Shown: piece after piece, positions 37,692-46,490 of the stretch
How positions within the stretch are numbered: the first letter of the stretch is position 1
How the letters are laid out: each line of letters begins with the position of its first letter
DNA from: Planctomycetota bacterium
GTDB taxonomy: Bacteria; Planctomycetota; PLA2; JAEUHO01
Assembly: GCA_050248855.1 (NCBI GenBank)
Contig: JBFWRP010000003.1
Coordinates: 128,001 to 192,000, forward strand
Length of the DNA stretch: 64,000 nt
Reading direction: 5' to 3'
Made by a program: the position numbers and the translations under genes
The notes under the pieces: generated by a model
Databases searched by the model: none
What the model was told of the DNA's origin: nothing
What the model saw: only the letters and a program-made list of their open reading frames with translations

Positions 37692-38953
37692 CCCCGCGAC
37701 AAGACCGCGACGCGCCGCACCTCGCGTCCGGCACGCTGGGCCTCGCCGAGCGCGTGCTCCAAGGCCTTCTGCGCGTCGCCGAAGGCCAGCAGGCCCATCG
37801 GTCGAAGGATGTCCCGGCCCATCTCGCTGACGATGTGGACCGGGTGGTCCGCTGCGAGGCGACGCAGGCTGTAGGCCGTCAGCCCGTAGGGGTGGAAGCG
37901 TTCGCGAAGCGCCGCGAGGTGGCGGGAGAGCGAACCGCTCTCGAACCAGGGGAGCAGCTCGGGATGGCCGGCGCCGCGCGGGGCGCGCGCGAGCCATACG
38001 ATGGGGGCCCCGGGTGCGGCGAAGCGCGAGGCGGCCAGCAGGGCCTTGTGGGCCTGCACGAGGTCGCCGTCCCGCGGCGCCGGCGTGCCGACCAGCACGA
38101 GGTCCGCCGGTTCGGCGGCGTGGGCTTCGGCATGCCGCGTCTCGTAGCGACGAATGGCCTCGTCGTGCGCGGTGACCACGTCGCCCGCCACGGCCTCGGC
38201 GATGCCGCCGTCGTCCGACGGCACGATGCCGAGCATCGACACCCTGCCGAAGCGCGTGGCGATCGCGCGGAGGGCATCGCGAAACGGCTGCGGGCCGTCG
38301 GGGCGCGCGGGCCTGAGTGACCCGTCGGGCTTGACCAAGGCGTCGAGCGTGAGGCGGTGGGCCGCGAGCACCGTGGCGCGGTCGGCCACGCCGGGCACGA
38401 GCGACTTGGCGCCGCCCCCGTGCCCCGCCAGATGATGCCGCGTGACGACGCCTGTCAACACGACGTGGTCCGCGCTGGCCACCACGCGATGCACCGCGAC
38501 CGGGCCCAGCCGATCGTCTTCGAAGAGCGTCTCGTTGAGCTCGGGCGTGTCCGGCGCCGACTGGATGGGCTTCAGCGTGCGCATGACGTCGGCACCGACG
38601 AGCGCGGCCACGTCGTCCCGCGGCGCGGCAGGATGGATGCCACGGGCCACCACCACGCGCAAACGATCGGGCCCGATGCCCGCGCGCGCCAGACGCGAGA
38701 ACACGGGCAGCAGGTACACCGACGCAGGAGCCGGCCGCGTCGGGTCGGGCACGACGATCGCCACGGAGCGCGCCCCGCGCGCGACCTCGGCCAGGGGCGC
38801 CGCGCCGACGGGCGCATCGAGCGCGCGTGCCACGGTCGCCAGCGGCGCCGCGGACGCGGCCACGGGGCGGGGCGACACGTCGACGACGGATACGCCCTGC
38901 GGCAGGTCGACCGTCCGCGTGCCTTGGCCCCAGGCGAGATGGACGGTCGTCAC
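37688..38953 (-). CDS. LarA-family (lactate racemase-like) nickel-pincer enzyme
   Basis: VVPDPTRP, ARGIH, HHLAGHGGGAKSLVPG, AAH, QAHKAL match LarA conserved D/R, H, H, K, H, Q/K positions; GTG 38953. Confidence 0.82.
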   Translation of the reverse strand: MTTVHLAWGQGTRTVDLPQGVSVVDVSPRPVAASAAPLATVARALDAPVGAAPLAEVARGARSVAIVVPDPTRPAPASVYLLPVFSRLARAGIGPDRLRVVVARGIHPAAPRDDVAALVGADVMRTLKPIQSAPDTPELNETLFEDDRLGPVAVHRVVASADHVVLTGVVTRHHLAGHGGGAKSLVPGVADRATVLAAHRLTLDALVKPDGSLRPARPDGPQPFRDALRAIATRFGRVSMLGIVPSDDGGIAEAVAGDVVTAHDEAIRRYETRHAEAHAAEPADLVLVGTPAPRDGDLVQAHKALLAASRFAAPGAPIVWLARAPRGAGHPELLPWFESGSLSRHLAALRERFHPYGLTAYSLRRLAADHPVHIVSEMGRDILRPMGLLAFGDAQKALEHALGEAQRAGREVRRVAVLSRG

Positions 38954-38963
38954 GGACGGCAGG

Positions 38964-39821
38964 CTACCGCCGCGTCGCCTCCGTCGCCGCCGCGGGCCAG
39001 GGTGCGCCCCACGCACGCTGCCCGATACGGTGGGGGTTCTCGAGACCATCGCGTGAGTGGCGATGGCAGACGAAACAGGAAGCGCGCTCGCCGAGCCGTT
39101 CGTGGAGCGCGGCGAACGCCGAGCGCTTGACCGCGAGGTACTCGTGGAGGCCCCGCAGTCGTACGTCGAAGATGACGTGCTCGCGGAGCACGGTGAGACC
39201 CACGTCGGGGCCGCGCGGGCTGCCCGCGGCCGGCTCGGCCGCCCAGCCCACGATCTGCAAGTCGGCGATCCTGCGCAGTCGCGCTGCGCGCGCGTCGGTG
39301 CAGCGCAGGACCTCGAAGCCACCCTCCCGCACGAGGAGACTCCCGTGGGGATCGTCGAGGGCCGAAGCACACGTCGTGGGGTCGGGCGCCTCGGCGAGCG
39401 CGGACGCCAGGCTGACGGCGGCCAGCGCCGGCTCGGGCACGGCCTCGGCGACGCTCTTCGCGCTCGGCCAGATCGCCACCCCCAGGGCCCCGACCGCCAG
39501 GGCCGCCGCCGCGCGCAGCGCGAAGACGAGGCCTCGACGAGCTGGCGGCCGCGCGGGCGCGCGGAGGCGCGCGCGGATGCGCTGCTCGAGCTCGACCGGC
39601 GTGCGTGCCGGGAGCCCCTGACGCCACGCCGCGCCGGCCTGCTGGAGGCCCTCGAGGAAGGCCCGGCGGCGGGCGGTCGCGGCAGCGCGCCCGGTGTCCC
39701 GGCGGAGATCCGCTTCGAAGGCGGCGGCCTCGGCGGCCGGCATCTCGCCATCGAGGTAGCGATCGAGCTGCAGGGCCTCCTCGCGAGGAGACGGCAGGGG
39801 GGAGTTCAAGGCGTGGCGCAT
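38964..39821 (-). CDS. Transmembrane anti-sigma factor with C-terminal CxxCH motif
   Basis: ATG overlaps sigma TGA; LDRYLDGEMPAAEAAAFEADL anti-sigma domain; TM AAAALAVGALGVAIW; CFVCH. Confidence 0.75.
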   Translation of the reverse strand: MRHALNSPLPSPREEALQLDRYLDGEMPAAEAAAFEADLRRDTGRAAATARRRAFLEGLQQAGAAWRQGLPARTPVELEQRIRARLRAPARPPARRGLVFALRAAAALAVGALGVAIWPSAKSVAEAVPEPALAAVSLASALAEAPDPTTCASALDDPHGSLLVREGGFEVLRCTDARAARLRRIADLQIVGWAAEPAAGSPRGPDVGLTVLREHVIFDVRLRGLHEYLAVKRSAFAALHERLGERASCFVCHRHSRDGLENPHRIGQRAWGAPWPAAATEATRR

Positions 39822-40366
39822 CAGCTCGACCGGGGACCCGCAGGACGTTCCGGCGGCTGAACGAGGGTCTGCTTGAGGTATTCCCGGCCCCGGTGCAGGC
39901 GGCTCATGACCGTGCCCTGGGGGACGTCGAGGATCTCCCCGATCTCCTTGTAGGTGAGGCCGTCGAGGTCGCGCAGGCGGACGGCCTGGCGGAAGGGGTC
40001 CGGGACGCGCTCCAGGGCGCGCTCCACGGCATCGGGCCCGAGGTGGTCCCAGGGCTGGTCGTCGTCCTGGGCCGCGGGCGCGACGGCGCCTGCCATCTCC
40101 GTCAGCTCGTCTTCGGGCAAGGGCGTGGGACGCAGGCGACCGCGCCGGTAGCGGTCGACGTGGATGCGGCGCAAGATGGTGAACAGCCATGCCTTCGCGT
40201 TCGTGCCCGGCGTGAACGTGTGGAATGCCCGCCACGCCCGCAAGAACGTCTCCTGGACGAGATCGTCTGCGTCGTGCGGGTTACGCGCGAGCGACAGCGC
40301 GAACGCACGGCAGTCGGGCACGAAGGGCAGGCACGTCCGCTCGAACAGGTCCGGCGGGTCCTGCAT
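39821..40366 (-). CDS. ECF sigma-70 factor
   Basis: DADDLVQETFLRAWR, AKAWLFTILRR, LTYKEIGEILDVPQGTVMSRLHRGR. Confidence 0.93.
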   Translation of the reverse strand: MQDPPDLFERTCLPFVPDCRAFALSLARNPHDADDLVQETFLRAWRAFHTFTPGTNAKAWLFTILRRIHVDRYRRGRLRPTPLPEDELTEMAGAVAPAAQDDDQPWDHLGPDAVERALERVPDPFRQAVRLRDLDGLTYKEIGEILDVPQGTVMSRLHRGREYLKQTLVQPPERPAGPRSS

Positions 40367-40422
40367 CCCCCGCAGCGTACCGGACGGTCGCCTGGCCCGC
40401 GCCGACGGTATGTTGGCCCGCC
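40367..40422. promoter_or_regulatory. Compact divergent promoter region with two -10 boxes abutting start codons
   Basis: Minus TACGCT (40374-40379) 7 nt before ATG 40366; plus TATGTT (40409-40414) 8 nt before ATG 40423; no SD for either. Confidence 0.55.
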
Positions 40423-41319
40423 ATGGAAGCGTGCGTGAGCGTGAACGGCGTCGTGACGCGGCCCGAGGACGCCCGGGTGCCCGCGCTGGATCGCGGCTTC
40501 CTGTATGGCGACAGCGTGTACGAGGTCCTGTGGTGGCACCGCGGTGCGCCCATCCAGCTCGAGGAACACCTGGAGCGCCTGGAGCGGTCGGCCGAGCGCA
40601 TGTACCTGGACCTCGGCGCGCCGCGCGCGCACTGGCGCGACGCGATTGCCCAGGCCGTGGCGGCCAGCGGCGCGACATCCGAGGACGACGCGTACGTGCG
40701 CCTCGTCGTGACGCGCGGTGTGGGCGCCCTTGGCTTGGCGCTGGACCCGGCACCTCGCCCGACGGTCGTCGTGGTCGTGGCCCCGGCACGTCGGCCGGCG
40801 CCCGGGCACGCGATGGCCCTGGCCGTCGTGGAGCGGGAGCGCGTCGGCCGACGCGCGCTCGACCCCGCGGCCAAGACAGGCAACTACATGAACAACGCGC
40901 TCGCCCTGCACGAGGCGAAGCTCCACGGTGCGGACGACGCCATTCTCCTGAACGCCGAAGGCTTCGTCACCGAGGCCAGCACCGCGAACGTGTACCTCGT
41001 GGAACGCGGCGCCCTCGTGACGCCCGCGCTGGACGCCGGGCTGCTGGAGGGCACCACGCGTCGGCGGCTGCTCGGTCTGGCCCGCGAGCTCGGCATCGAG
41101 GTCCATGAGACCGCGGTACGGCCCGAGCGCTTGCGCGGCGCCGACGAGGTCTTCGTCTCCAGCTCCGTGCGCGGTGTCGTCCCCGCGTCGCGCGTGGACC
41201 AGCGCACCTTCGCCGCGCCGCTTCCCGGGCCGGTCACCGCGCGCCTGCGCGAGGCCTTCGAGCGCCGGGCCGACGAGGAGGCCGCGGCGTGGCGTGCGGC
41301 CCGGGCACCCACGTCGTGA
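40423..41319 (+). CDS. Class IV PLP-dependent aminotransferase (BCAT/DAT/ADC-lyase family)
   Basis: DRGFLYGDSVYE, HLERLERSA, KTGNY, EASTAN, LEGTTR. Confidence 0.92.
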   Translation: MEACVSVNGVVTRPEDARVPALDRGFLYGDSVYEVLWWHRGAPIQLEEHLERLERSAERMYLDLGAPRAHWRDAIAQAVAASGATSEDDAYVRLVVTRGVGALGLALDPAPRPTVVVVVAPARRPAPGHAMALAVVERERVGRRALDPAAKTGNYMNNALALHEAKLHGADDAILLNAEGFVTEASTANVYLVERGALVTPALDAGLLEGTTRRRLLGLARELGIEVHETAVRPERLRGADEVFVSSSVRGVVPASRVDQRTFAAPLPGPVTARLREAFERRADEEAAAWRAARAPTS

Positions 41320-43148
41320 GGCCGTCGTCCTGGCCGCGCCTGCTGGCGCTCGTCGTCGCCGTGTACGCCCTCGTCGTACCCGTGGGCGCCATGATCACGC
41401 GCTCGTTCCTCGTGGAAGAGGTCGAGCTGGCCGATGGCGAGGTCCTGGTGGCCGTGGGACGCGTCGAGCAGCAGAACGGCCTCGTGCGCTTCGCCACCCA
41501 GTCGGCCCCGGGCGCCGAGCGCGTGCCCGAGCGCTTCCGCGACGAGGACGTGCGCGAAGTACGCCACAAGCTCTCGCTGCACCACCATCGCTTCGTGCTG
41601 TCCGACCCGCGCCTGACCACGATGCTGCTCGGCAGCGTGGGGATCGCCTTCGGGGGCGCCACGCTGGCGTTGCTCCTGGGGCTCCCCTTGGCCTGGCTCG
41701 TGGGCCGCACGGACCTCAAGGGGCGCATGCTGCTGGCGGCCCTCTCCACGCTGCCCGCGCTGCTGCCACCCTTCTTCGTGGCCCTGGGCGCCGCGCGCGA
41801 CTGGCAGGGTGCCGTGATCGCGATCTTCGGGTTCGAAGGCGCGGCCTTGCAACGTGCCACGAGCGTTCTCGTCTTCGGTCTCGTGTTGTTCCCGCTCGTG
41901 ATGTGGCTCGGGGGGCTGGCGCTGGCGCGTGTGCCCAAGGGGCCCTACGAGGCGGCGCTGCTCCTCGGCGGGCGCAGCGCGGCGCGCCGCCACGTCGTGG
42001 GGCCGCTGCTGCGACCCACGCTGGCCGGTGCATGGCTCCTGGCCTTCGTGTTGGCGCTCTCCGACTTCGCGGTGCCCGACCTGCTCGGCTTCCTGCTGCC
42101 GACCGGCGGCGTACCCACGAGCACGTTCGCGACGGAGATCCTGCTGCAATGGAAGCAGGAGGGGAACGCGGGCCGTGCCGTCGCCACGGGCGGCCCGCTC
42201 GTGCTCGTCACGCTCCTGCTCGTCGTCGTCGCTTCGCGCTGGATCCGCCGCAGTCCGGCGTTCGCCACGCACGCCGTCGAGGACGCGCTCCCGCGCATGC
42301 GCCTCTCGACCCGTTCGCGCGTGCTCGCGTACCTGGGCTGGGGCATCGTGCTGTTCGTGGCCGTCGGCTTGCCCGTCCTGGGCGTGGCCGGCTGGGCTGG
42401 TGACGGCGGCGAGTCGGTCGTGCGCGGCAGCGGCGCCACGGCCGAAGTCGTCCGCGTGGCGAGCTCGGGGCGGCTCGGCGACATCGCCGGCGCCATGGCG
42501 CGCACGGCGGGCAGCGAGGAGGAGCTCCATCGCTGGCTGACCAACGCGGGCTCTGCCGCCCTCCTGGCGATGCTCCTGGCCGTGCCGCTCGTGCACGCGG
42601 CACTGCGCCGGGGTCGGTTCTGGCGCGTGGCCGTGCCAAGCCTGGGGCTGGTGGGCCTGGCCACGCCGGGCCTGGCCCTCTCCGTCGGCTCGCGCGTCGT
42701 GCACGACGCCCTCCCCGTCCCGATCCTCACGGACGCCGCCGTGCCACCCGTGCTGGCGCTGATGGCGCGCTTCCTGCCCGTGGCCCTGCTGATGGCCTGG
42801 CTGGCGCTGCGCAGCATCCGCCGCGGCGAAGAGGAGGCCGGCCGCTTGGCGGGGGCGGGGGCCTGGACGCGTACGGCCACGCTGGTCCTCAAGCCGGCGC
42901 TGGGCGGTCTGGTGGCCGGCGTCCTCCTGACGTTCGTCCTGGCGCTGCGGGAGATCGAGGCCGTCATGGTGCTGGATGCCCGCATCCTGCCCATGCGCCT
43001 CTACGACAAGATCCACTTCAGCCGCCTGGCCGACGAAGCCAACCTCCTCCTGCTCTGCGTCCTGGTCCAGCTCGCCCCCGCCGTGCTGCTGGCGGCCCTC
43101 CTGGGCCTGCGCCGGGCGTTCCGGGGGCAGGAGGTCCCGGTCGCGTGA
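41316..43148 (+). CDS. ABC transporter permease, FbpB/Fe3+-type (two fused TM domains)
   Basis: GTG overlaps upstream TGA; GLPLAWLVGRTDL, EAA loops YEAALLLGG and EEEAGRLAGAG. Confidence 0.8.
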   Translation: MRPSSWPRLLALVVAVYALVVPVGAMITRSFLVEEVELADGEVLVAVGRVEQQNGLVRFATQSAPGAERVPERFRDEDVREVRHKLSLHHHRFVLSDPRLTTMLLGSVGIAFGGATLALLLGLPLAWLVGRTDLKGRMLLAALSTLPALLPPFFVALGAARDWQGAVIAIFGFEGAALQRATSVLVFGLVLFPLVMWLGGLALARVPKGPYEAALLLGGRSAARRHVVGPLLRPTLAGAWLLAFVLALSDFAVPDLLGFLLPTGGVPTSTFATEILLQWKQEGNAGRAVATGGPLVLVTLLLVVVASRWIRRSPAFATHAVEDALPRMRLSTRSRVLAYLGWGIVLFVAVGLPVLGVAGWAGDGGESVVRGSGATAEVVRVASSGRLGDIAGAMARTAGSEEELHRWLTNAGSAALLAMLLAVPLVHAALRRGRFWRVAVPSLGLVGLATPGLALSVGSRVVHDALPVPILTDAAVPPVLALMARFLPVALLMAWLALRSIRRGEEEAGRLAGAGAWTRTATLVLKPALGGLVAGVLLTFVLALREIEAVMVLDARILPMRLYDKIHFSRLADEANLLLLCVLVQLAPAVLLAALLGLRRAFRGQEVPVA

Positions 43149-43216
43149 CACCTTGGCGGCCCGGGGACGTTGGAACAGGTGGCCCCCGTACGCCCGGACC
43201 GTCAGGAACCCCGACC

Positions 43217-44536
43217 ATGCACCTTCGCGCACCCCGGCTGCTGGCTCCCTTCGTGCTCGCCCCCCTGCTGGCCGGGGGTGCCCTGGCCACCATGGCTTCT
43301 GCCGACGTCGTCACCACCCGGGACGGTCTGCGCGTCGAAGGCACGGCGTCGCGTCTGGACGACGGCCGCTGGCGTGTCGTGACGCCCGACGGCGAGGTCC
43401 TGCTGCGGGCCGATGACGTGGTCGCCGTCGCCGAGGGCGCCGCGCCCCGGGCCCAGCTCGAAGCCCGCCTCGAGGCGCTGGCTGCCGACGACGTGGCGGG
43501 TCACTACAAGCTGGCCCTCGAAGCCACGGCCGAAGGCCAGGCCGATCTGGCGCGGCGGTCGCTGGAGCGTGTCCTCGTGCTCGAGCCGGACCATCGCGCG
43601 GCCCGCCGCGCGCTCGGCTTCGAGCGCGTCGGCGAGCGCTGGCTCACGCACGACGAGGCGTGCCTCGAGCGCGGGCTCGTCCTGTTCGACGGCAGCTGGC
43701 GCTTGCCCGCCGAAGTCGAGAAGGTCTCCCGGGCCGTCCGCACGCTCGACGCCGGCGCGCGCGACGGACGCGTCACGCGCCTCCTCGCGCAGCTGGCCGA
43801 GGGCGATGCCGCGCTCTCGCGGGCCGTACGCCTGCGCTTGGCGTCCCTGGACCACCGTGAGCTGCTCGACGGGGCCTTGGAAGCGCTCTACGACCGCCGT
43901 ACGCCGGTGCGCCGGGTGGCCGCCCAGGCGCTCGCCGAGCTGGGCGACGAGGCGGCGCTGCGCCGCTTGCTGTTCTCGGCCGTGCGGGATGCGGACGCCG
44001 ACGTGCGCCGCGAGGCCGTCGAGGCCGCGCGCAGCTTCGGGCATCCCGATGCCGCCGTGCCCCTGATCAAGGCGCTGGCTTCGGAGAACGAGACGATGGT
44101 CGCCCACGCGGCCCAGGCCCTGGGCGAGCTCGGCGACCACCGCGCCATCTCCTACCTCGTCAAGCGCATGAGTGCCGGCGGCGACAGCCCGCGCGCCTTC
44201 TTGGCGGTGCTCAACGAGATCTCGTACGTCCGCGACTACGACGTGGAGATCGCCCAGGCTTCCAACATCGCCAACCCCGACGTGGCCACCGTGCGCGAAG
44301 GCGTCATCCTGGATGCCGACGTGCTGGGCACGGCGTTGACGCGCACGTGGATCGAGCCGGTCATCGTGGATGCCGTCGGCAAGCTCGCCGGTCGCCAGTT
44401 CGCCAACGCCGACGAGGTCCGCGCCTGGTACCTGGCCCATCAGCACGAGCTGCCGCGCTTCGAGTCCACGCAGAAGTCACGCGCGCCGCGTCGTCCGCAG
44501 CGCGGACGCATCCTGGGCGCGCCGCTGCTCGACTAG
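43217..44536 (+). CDS. Exported HEAT-repeat protein with TPR-like helices and a C-terminal secretin-like segment
   Basis: Signal peptide ending ASA-D; EPDHRAARRALGF; HEAT repeats (VRRVAAQALAELGD, VRREAVEA, AHAAQALGELGD); SYVRDYDVEIAQ. Confidence 0.7.
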   Translation: MHLRAPRLLAPFVLAPLLAGGALATMASADVVTTRDGLRVEGTASRLDDGRWRVVTPDGEVLLRADDVVAVAEGAAPRAQLEARLEALAADDVAGHYKLALEATAEGQADLARRSLERVLVLEPDHRAARRALGFERVGERWLTHDEACLERGLVLFDGSWRLPAEVEKVSRAVRTLDAGARDGRVTRLLAQLAEGDAALSRAVRLRLASLDHRELLDGALEALYDRRTPVRRVAAQALAELGDEAALRRLLFSAVRDADADVRREAVEAARSFGHPDAAVPLIKALASENETMVAHAAQALGELGDHRAISYLVKRMSAGGDSPRAFLAVLNEISYVRDYDVEIAQASNIANPDVATVREGVILDADVLGTALTRTWIEPVIVDAVGKLAGRQFANADEVRAWYLAHQHELPRFESTQKSRAPRRPQRGRILGAPLLD

Positions 44537-44539
44537 CGC

Positions 44540-44764
44540 CTACTTCTTCTTCTTGTCGTCCTTGGAGGCGGCAGCGGCCTCTTGACGCATCTGCTTCTTG
44601 GAGCGGATCTTGAACTTGGTCCGCACCTTGGGCAGGCCGAGGACCTCGTCGCCCTCGCGCCAGCGGTCCTGGTCCTTCAGGGTCTCGATGCGCTCCCAGC
44701 GGGTGAGGACGCTCCGCGTGCGGACCAGGCTGCTCTTGAGCTTGAGGCTCTTGTGGATGGACAT
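44540..44764 (-). CDS. PVC-superphylum small basic protein (TIGR04137-type)
   Basis: MSIHKSLK...RSVLTRWERI...W...VLGLPKVR plus Lys-rich tail; SD GAGGA and TACACT upstream. Confidence 0.88.
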   Translation of the reverse strand: MSIHKSLKLKSSLVRTRSVLTRWERIETLKDQDRWREGDEVLGLPKVRTKFKIRSKKQMRQEAAAASKDDKKKK

Positions 44765-44840
44765 CGCGGGATCCTCGTGGCGGGCCCGAAGGGGAAGCGG
44801 GCGAGTGTAGGCCCGGCCCCGGGCGGGTCAATCCGGGTGG

Positions 44841-45419
44841 CTACCGGGAGGGCTCGAAGCTCCGGCGATGGAAGGGCGTCGAGCCGCAGACCTCGGCCCC
44901 GCTGAGGCGCTGCGCCTCGATCCAGGCATCCACCGCCCGCTCGGAGGGGAACGGCCCCGCGCGGACGACCCACTGGCCGTCCTCCAGGCTGACGCCCCGC
45001 ACGTTGCGCTCGTCGAGCCCGTAGCGGGCCAGCGCCTGGCGGACGTCGCCCGCCCTGACCGGCCGGCCCGTGGTGATGTCCACGGCCGCTACGGTGAGCT
45101 TGAGGATCACACCCCCGGCGGGCGTCGTGGCGGTGTTGCGCTGGAGGGCCGGCGCCGGCCCCGTGCCCGGGCGCCCGGCAGCCAGGCCCACGAAGAACGA
45201 GAGCACGAGGAGCAGCGTGACGACGCAGGACGCCACCACCACGTGACGGGGGCTCAGCCACAGCCCGGTGAACCCGCCCGCGCCACGCCCCCCGCTGGCG
45301 CGCGGAGCGGCACCTCGCGCCGCGGCCGCCCGCGCCGTCTGCGCGCGCGCCTTGCGCTCGGCCTGCGCGTTGGCGTCGAAGATCGAGAGGAGGTCGTTGT
45401 TGCGGCGCGTCATGCCCAT
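44841..45419 (-). CDS. Bitopic membrane protein with SPOR-like C-terminus
   Basis: TM VVVASCVVTLLLVLSFFVGLAAG; WVVRAGPFPSERAV is SPOR-like. Confidence 0.6.
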   Translation of the reverse strand: MGMTRRNNDLLSIFDANAQAERKARAQTARAAAARGAAPRASGGRGAGGFTGLWLSPRHVVVASCVVTLLLVLSFFVGLAAGRPGTGPAPALQRNTATTPAGGVILKLTVAAVDITTGRPVRAGDVRQALARYGLDERNVRGVSLEDGQWVVRAGPFPSERAVDAWIEAQRLSGAEVCGSTPFHRRSFEPSR

Positions 45420-45479
45420 CTCGACACGGTTTCGGAAGCCACACGGCCCTGGGAGAGTAGGTCGGAACGTGTCGCCCGC

Positions 45480-46490
45480 CTATTGAACATCTCCTTGCGC
45501 GGCGTGTGGATCCTCGTCGCGAGGCGTGTCCACGAGGAACGCTGCGAGCCGCATGGCGGCGTCCAGCGACGTCGGTGTGGCTACGCCGCGCCCGGCGATG
45601 TCGAAGGCGGTGCCGTGGTCCACGCTCGTCCGCACGAACGGCAGGCCCAGCGTGACGTTGACCGCCGTGCGCGGAGCGAGTGTCTTCACGGCAGGCAGGC
45701 CTTGGTCGTGGAACATGCAGAGCGCGGCGTCGTAGTGCCCTGCCGCCGTCTGGGGCACGCAGGCGTCCGCGGGCCAGGGGCCCGTCGCATCGATTCCCGC
45801 GCGGCGCGCAGCGGCCACGGCAGGCGCGATCACCGCGTCGTCCTCGTGCCCCAGCAGGCCGCCTTCACCAGCGTGGGGGTTGAGCCCGCAGACCGCGATG
45901 CGCGGCCGGGCGAGCCGGAAGGGACCGCGTAGCGCTGCGTCGAGCACCCGTAGGTCGTCCAGCAGCCCGTCCTCCGTCAGCAGCGACGGAACGCGCGCGA
46001 GCGGGACGTGGATGGTGGCCAGCGCCACCCGCAGCCGCTCCCCGACCAGCATCATGACCACGTGCGGTACGCCCGCGTGGTCGCGCAGGGCTTCGGTGTG
46101 CCCGGGGGACGTGACTCCGGCGAGCGCCCAGGCGCCCTTGTGGATGGGCGCCGTGACGACGCCCGCCACGCGCCCCGCGAGGGCCAGGTCGGCGGCCGCC
46201 AGCACCCAGCCATGGCTGGCGGCCCCGGCCGCGGCCGAGGCGCGTCCCACGGGAACGGGTCCGGCCGGGCCCACGCCGGGATCTTGGAGCGCGAGGGCGG
46301 CGTCCGCGGGCCCGAGGTCGGGCACCTCGAACGGCGCGCCCACGGCGCGCCACGCCGCGTCGAACACGTCCCGGGAGCCCACGACGACGAGGCGAGCCGG
46401 GACCGTGCGGAACTCGGCCAGGTACCGCGCCACGATCTCGGGCCCGATCCCGGCCGGGTCGCCCAACGTCACGGCCAGGGCGCCCCTCAT
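45480..46490 (-). CDS. pdxA: 4-hydroxythreonine-4-phosphate dehydrogenase
   Basis: TLGDPAGIGPEI, TAPIHK, GHTE, GLNPHAGEGG, FHDQGL, RTSVDHGTAFDIAG. Confidence 0.96.
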   Translation of the reverse strand: MRGALAVTLGDPAGIGPEIVARYLAEFRTVPARLVVVGSRDVFDAAWRAVGAPFEVPDLGPADAALALQDPGVGPAGPVPVGRASAAAGAASHGWVLAAADLALAGRVAGVVTAPIHKGAWALAGVTSPGHTEALRDHAGVPHVVMMLVGERLRVALATIHVPLARVPSLLTEDGLLDDLRVLDAALRGPFRLARPRIAVCGLNPHAGEGGLLGHEDDAVIAPAVAAARRAGIDATGPWPADACVPQTAAGHYDAALCMFHDQGLPAVKTLAPRTAVNVTLGLPFVRTSVDHGTAFDIAGRGVATPTSLDAAMRLAAFLVDTPRDEDPHAAQGDVQ

